The notes beneath the pieces are model-generated. The model was not told the DNA's origin and made no database searches. It saw only the letters and a program-made list of their open reading frames with translations. A stretch of DNA of 51,618 bases, the filler included, from Sphacelaria rigidula (lineage: Eukaryota), in the NCBI GenBank assembly GCA_964200075.2. It is 4 parts of 4 records of this genome, joined end to end, with 100 filler letters (N's around TTAATTAATTAA, not from the genome) between each part and the next. Parts side by side here need not be neighbours in the genome. Positions count along the whole stretch, not along the records: positions 38,791 to 51,618 come from CAXNAA020003383.1; 3 more parts are not named here. The stretch is one strand, 5' to 3'. Every line of letters starts with the position of its first letter. Position 1 is the first letter of the stretch. Of the stretch, positions 47,850 to 51,618 are shown in pieces. A program made the position numbers and the translations under genes.

Positions 47850-50560
47850 TGCCCCTCGCATGTACAGGAGCATCGCCACTCGTATGTAACAACGTCTTTC
47901 CCGGGTTGTCTGTAGTCTCCTCACGAATAACAGAATGCATCACTACTTGGGGTAGATCGTGCGCTTCCTATCGATGTCGTCCATGCTCAGCGTCATCGAT
48001 GTTCGGCCGAAAAAATGTTCAAGTATCGGATAACACCCTCTCTCTGCTGAGGTTATTCGGGATGGGTTGATTGCGCCCCTGGGAAAGCGGGTGGAAGGAG
48101 GAATAGGTCATGAGGCTGCAGGGTAGGGTGGGCACGTTTGAATGATATCTCGCACGTGCTCAGGGGCGTCGCCACTCGTGTGTAACTGCCAATAAAAACT
48201 TACGTCGTTGTCGAGCATCCAAGTATTTTCTTGGCTGCTGTCATCTGTTCTGTTTCCAACCTCTCCACAAACCTCGCGTTCCCTTCCCATACTTCTCCTG
48301 CATATTCCAGGTTTGGTACAATCACGTTCATCAGGATACATTTCTTAATCCTAATATCTAGTGCGAGTCTCTGAAGATCACGTCCGTCCTGCCTATCTGT
48401 GCCTTACCCTTTACTACTTCTTTATTTGTATGTGCATCCCATGACAGTTTTTCGGGATTTTTACGCCAAGCTATATATGCTGGTCCACGATCGGAAATTC
48501 CTCTTCTCCCCACTTCCATTTGAACGTGTGCGAGGGAGGGGGGGAAGAGGGCGGGGAGGTATGCCCATGTTACATGCCTGGCCGTAATAGTCTGCCCTGT
48601 TTCGGTTACCCCTAGCACGGTATCGCGCGGGTATCCTGGGGCTGAGCTGAGGTACCAGCACGTCTGCTCTCTTCACCCCAGAAAATCCAGGTTTCAAAAC
48701 AACAAATGAGGCTACTCCGGTCGCCACCTGTGCCACATCTCATGTGGCGTCTTGTCACCCCGCTTAGCCGAGGTTGCGGTACAGTTCAAAGCATTGCACA
48801 TCCAGTACGCTTGCTCCGCCTGAAGATTTTGGCCAGTGAGTATTCAATACGTCGGGTACATTTGAGATGCCTCGGTTTTCGTCGCAAGGTCGGCTGACTC
48901 GATGATATCTATTGCACTCTCCGCAACACCGTTGAACTATGGAGAGCCTGCGGTTGTTTTCTCCTGTTTGGCTTCTTCCATGTCGCATAAGTTGGCAAAC
49001 GCATCCTTCGAGAATTCACCCCCACCATCGCTGGGAACTCTCACTACATTTCTAGGAGAAATTTCTGCGATCTACTCGGCGAAAAGTACTGTTCGGCCTA
49101 ATCCTTCGAGCGGAGAAAGTATTGTCTACTGTACCAGAGTAGTCATCATGAACTATCACCATGTATTACCCCCCCCTCCCCGAGCTCTAACTGGTTTTGG
49201 CCCTGCAAGATCTACGAACACTCTGTATGTCGGATTGGCTGGTCCAGTGTGAGTCGGCCTTGGCATGGGTGGTGGGTGTCTTTTTTCCCTCCAAGTATCG
49301 ACGGCATGGTCTCAGCTCGCCTCGTAGCTCCACCCCGATCTTCTTTGCGATCTTGTGAGGAGAACCTCGCGTACGTAAGCGTAGGAACGGTGGAAAATCG
49401 CTGATGCCAACGATCTGGGGGCTAGGTAGCGCCCCTGTGCGATCACTGCACATGCTGATGCATATTTATGATGACCTGTTGGATCGATGCGGTGGGTATA
49501 CATTTTGAGGAGTTTATGCTGGCCGGGTATTTGCAGGGTGTTCCCTGATTTGAACTCTACCCGAAAACCGTCATGGGTTCCGATGTAGGCGTGTCCTGCA
49601 GCTGATATCTTTGTCGGTTGCAAGAGATTATGATGGACACTTGGTGCACGGCCTGAATTCTTGACATGCAGTACTGCACCGCGTCCGTCAGATCAAAAGC
49701 CTAGAATCAGGTTACCCCTGCCAACGATCGGGTAAGTACGACCGCCGGCACACCGTAGTATTTCATCTCTGCATTCTCGGTCCTCCATCGTCTTGCTACA
49801 ATCAGGCGAAACATTCCGGGTTGCCCCCGTGGCACACACCCACGGTTCGCCCCCATCCCGCTGTTCAACACCTACCGTCCCACCAGGAGATGCACACTCG
49901 TCTGTGGTTTCTTCGATGGTCTCGGTCGTGTCTATGCCGGTGAACGCCTCTGCCCTCAGCATCCGAGCATACGGGGGAGTCGACGACGTCGTTTACCGAA
50001 CCCATCGCCATGACCACATATTCTCCAGACTACGAGCAAGCAAGAGTTTTGCGCCCCTTTTCCCCGCACTTACCGCAGTACCTGCCCGGGCAGTCTCTCG
50101 CTCGGTGCGTTGTCATGTGCTGACATATGTCGTAGCACCGCTGCCTTGCAGCCGTCGGCTGACTATTCGACGATGAGGTCGACGACTGACTGCTTGTGCT
50201 CTTGCCCCACTACAACCTGGGCCCCGCTTCTTCCCCGGTCTCCTCTTCCGGTGCGTGTCGCTGGGTCTGCCGAGTTGGCCCTTGACAACAGAAGTCTGGT
50301 CACCGGAGGAAGTCTCCTATCTTTTTTTGAGTTCCTACTTGAGAAGTGCCGATTCAAGACGTTTTCGCATGGATCACACCACGGTTTCCCGCAAGAGAGG
50401 GACCTCACGATCCTCCAGCAGTTGCTTCTGGAGGGTCTACTCAGGAAGGAGGGCATTGACGATTGCCAAGAGAGTTGACGCTTCCGTCAGGTTGATGTGG
50501 TCATCGTCCGACCTCAATCGTCGAACCACATCCTTCATTTCGATTGGCTTCTGAATCGGG
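47850..50560 (-). mobile_element. Heavily decayed Ty1/copia element (gag, protease, integrase; no RT seen)
   Basis: Minus strand: Zn knuckle YCGKCGEKGRKTLAC (~50080-50037, with His replaced by Arg). Protease-like WVCATGATRNV (~49843-49811). Pre-integrase FHRSYA...IAKKIGVELRGELRPC. Integrase RVFVDLAGPKP (~49225-49195), HDDYS and GSP*FNGVAE (~48948-48919). Many stops and frameshifts; boundaries approximate. Confidence 0.8.
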
Positions 50561-50865
50561 TCATATCGAACACCAATCTTGACATAATCTTACATTTCCA
50601 ACAGCGTCAGTCTGGCTCCATCGGTCCTGAGGATTTATGACTCGATCAGTGTCCTTCAAACTGCTGCCGGGAAAGGGATTCGGAAAAGAACGTCCCTGTC
50701 CCTCTTGGTCTCGAGTCTCGCAAACGGCATCCGTCTACTGCAGCTCTTGTTCGCGGCCACTATTTCTTCGTCGTGCCTTGTCTCCAGTAACGTACCGATA
50801 TCTCCGTGTTTCCCAGCTCCCCACCATGCGAGCTTTCCTTAGACAGTGACCAATATTCGGTAGAG

Positions 50866-51078
50866 TTGGGTATGATATCAATACTCTGCCTAAATATTTG
50901 GGAAGTGATCTCGGCAATACCCAGGAACGGAGTATCACTTGGGTATGACCTCAATACTCGACCCAATATGCCACGATTTCAATCTCAACCCAAGTTTTAA
51001 ATAACCTAGGTATGATCTCAGTAATATACCCAACTTATGGGGAAAACATCTCAGCAATACCCTGGAGTGAATACCCAA
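50866..51078. repeat. Degenerate ~70 bp tandem repeat
   Basis: TTGGGTATGA(T/C).TCAATACT at 50866 and 50939 with a variant at ~51007. ATCTC.GCAATACCC.GGA occurs twice. Confidence 0.6.
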
Positions 51079-51618
51079 TCGATACCTTCGCTTCTGGCGA
51101 AGTTGATGAGTATTTGAAACGAGGCAACTATGTTTGTTTTAAACGTTTGTTACAGCAGCCTTGAAAAACGGCGCACCAATCACACTCTGTACATCCTGTT
51201 CACTAGGACCCTACATAGCGACTGACTCACGTTCGGGGCCCAAACTCTTTGCTCCGTCGCTTCCTGCCCTGTGGTCTCTCTCAGATGGAGCTACCTGTTC
51301 GCTCTCGCGATAGCGCCGGCAGATACCTGTCACGCTCGGTTCGGCCGTACTGTCAGCCTGCTGTAGCACTTCTGTCGCTATTGATGACTCCTCCAAGGCG
51401 ATTCCCCGCTATCGATGACGTCGCTCCGTGGCACGCCGCCGGATTCGTGTCCTAGTTTAAGACCACCTACTTGATCGAATATGCTCACGCGCAGTCATGA
51501 ACGAGATTGGTGCGAGATACACTGCGGTACAACTAGGCATGAACTACGCTGGGGTTGCGGAGTATCATCATGGCCAACCAGAGGAATAGAATCTAATGAC
51601 GTAGGTTATGCGAGTACA

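Overview
Eukaryotic, intron-rich genomic DNA of about 50% GC. It is most like a brown alga or related stramenopile; this is inferred from gene structure, repeats and gene content. The window is not one locus. It is four contigs of 12832, 12829, 12829 and 12828 bp joined by identical artificial spacers (N44-TTAATTAATTAA-N44). Contig 1 holds a tRNA-derived SINE, a hAT-type element nested inside another hAT-type element, a spliced thioredoxin (WCKPC), and the 3' three exons of a sedoheptulose-7-phosphate cyclase with EEVS (2-epi-5-epi-valiolone synthase) fingerprint motifs. Contig 2 holds the first four exons of V-ATPase subunit C with a 7 kb repeat-filled first intron, plus exons of an unknown gene that may carry an in-frame TGA. 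Contig 3 holds eight internal exons of a RIC1 (Rab6 GEF subunit) homologue. Contig 4 holds two decayed Ty1/copia retrotransposons in convergent orientation. A short structured dispersed repeat occurs six times across three contigs. Most ORFs in the supplied track are spurious.
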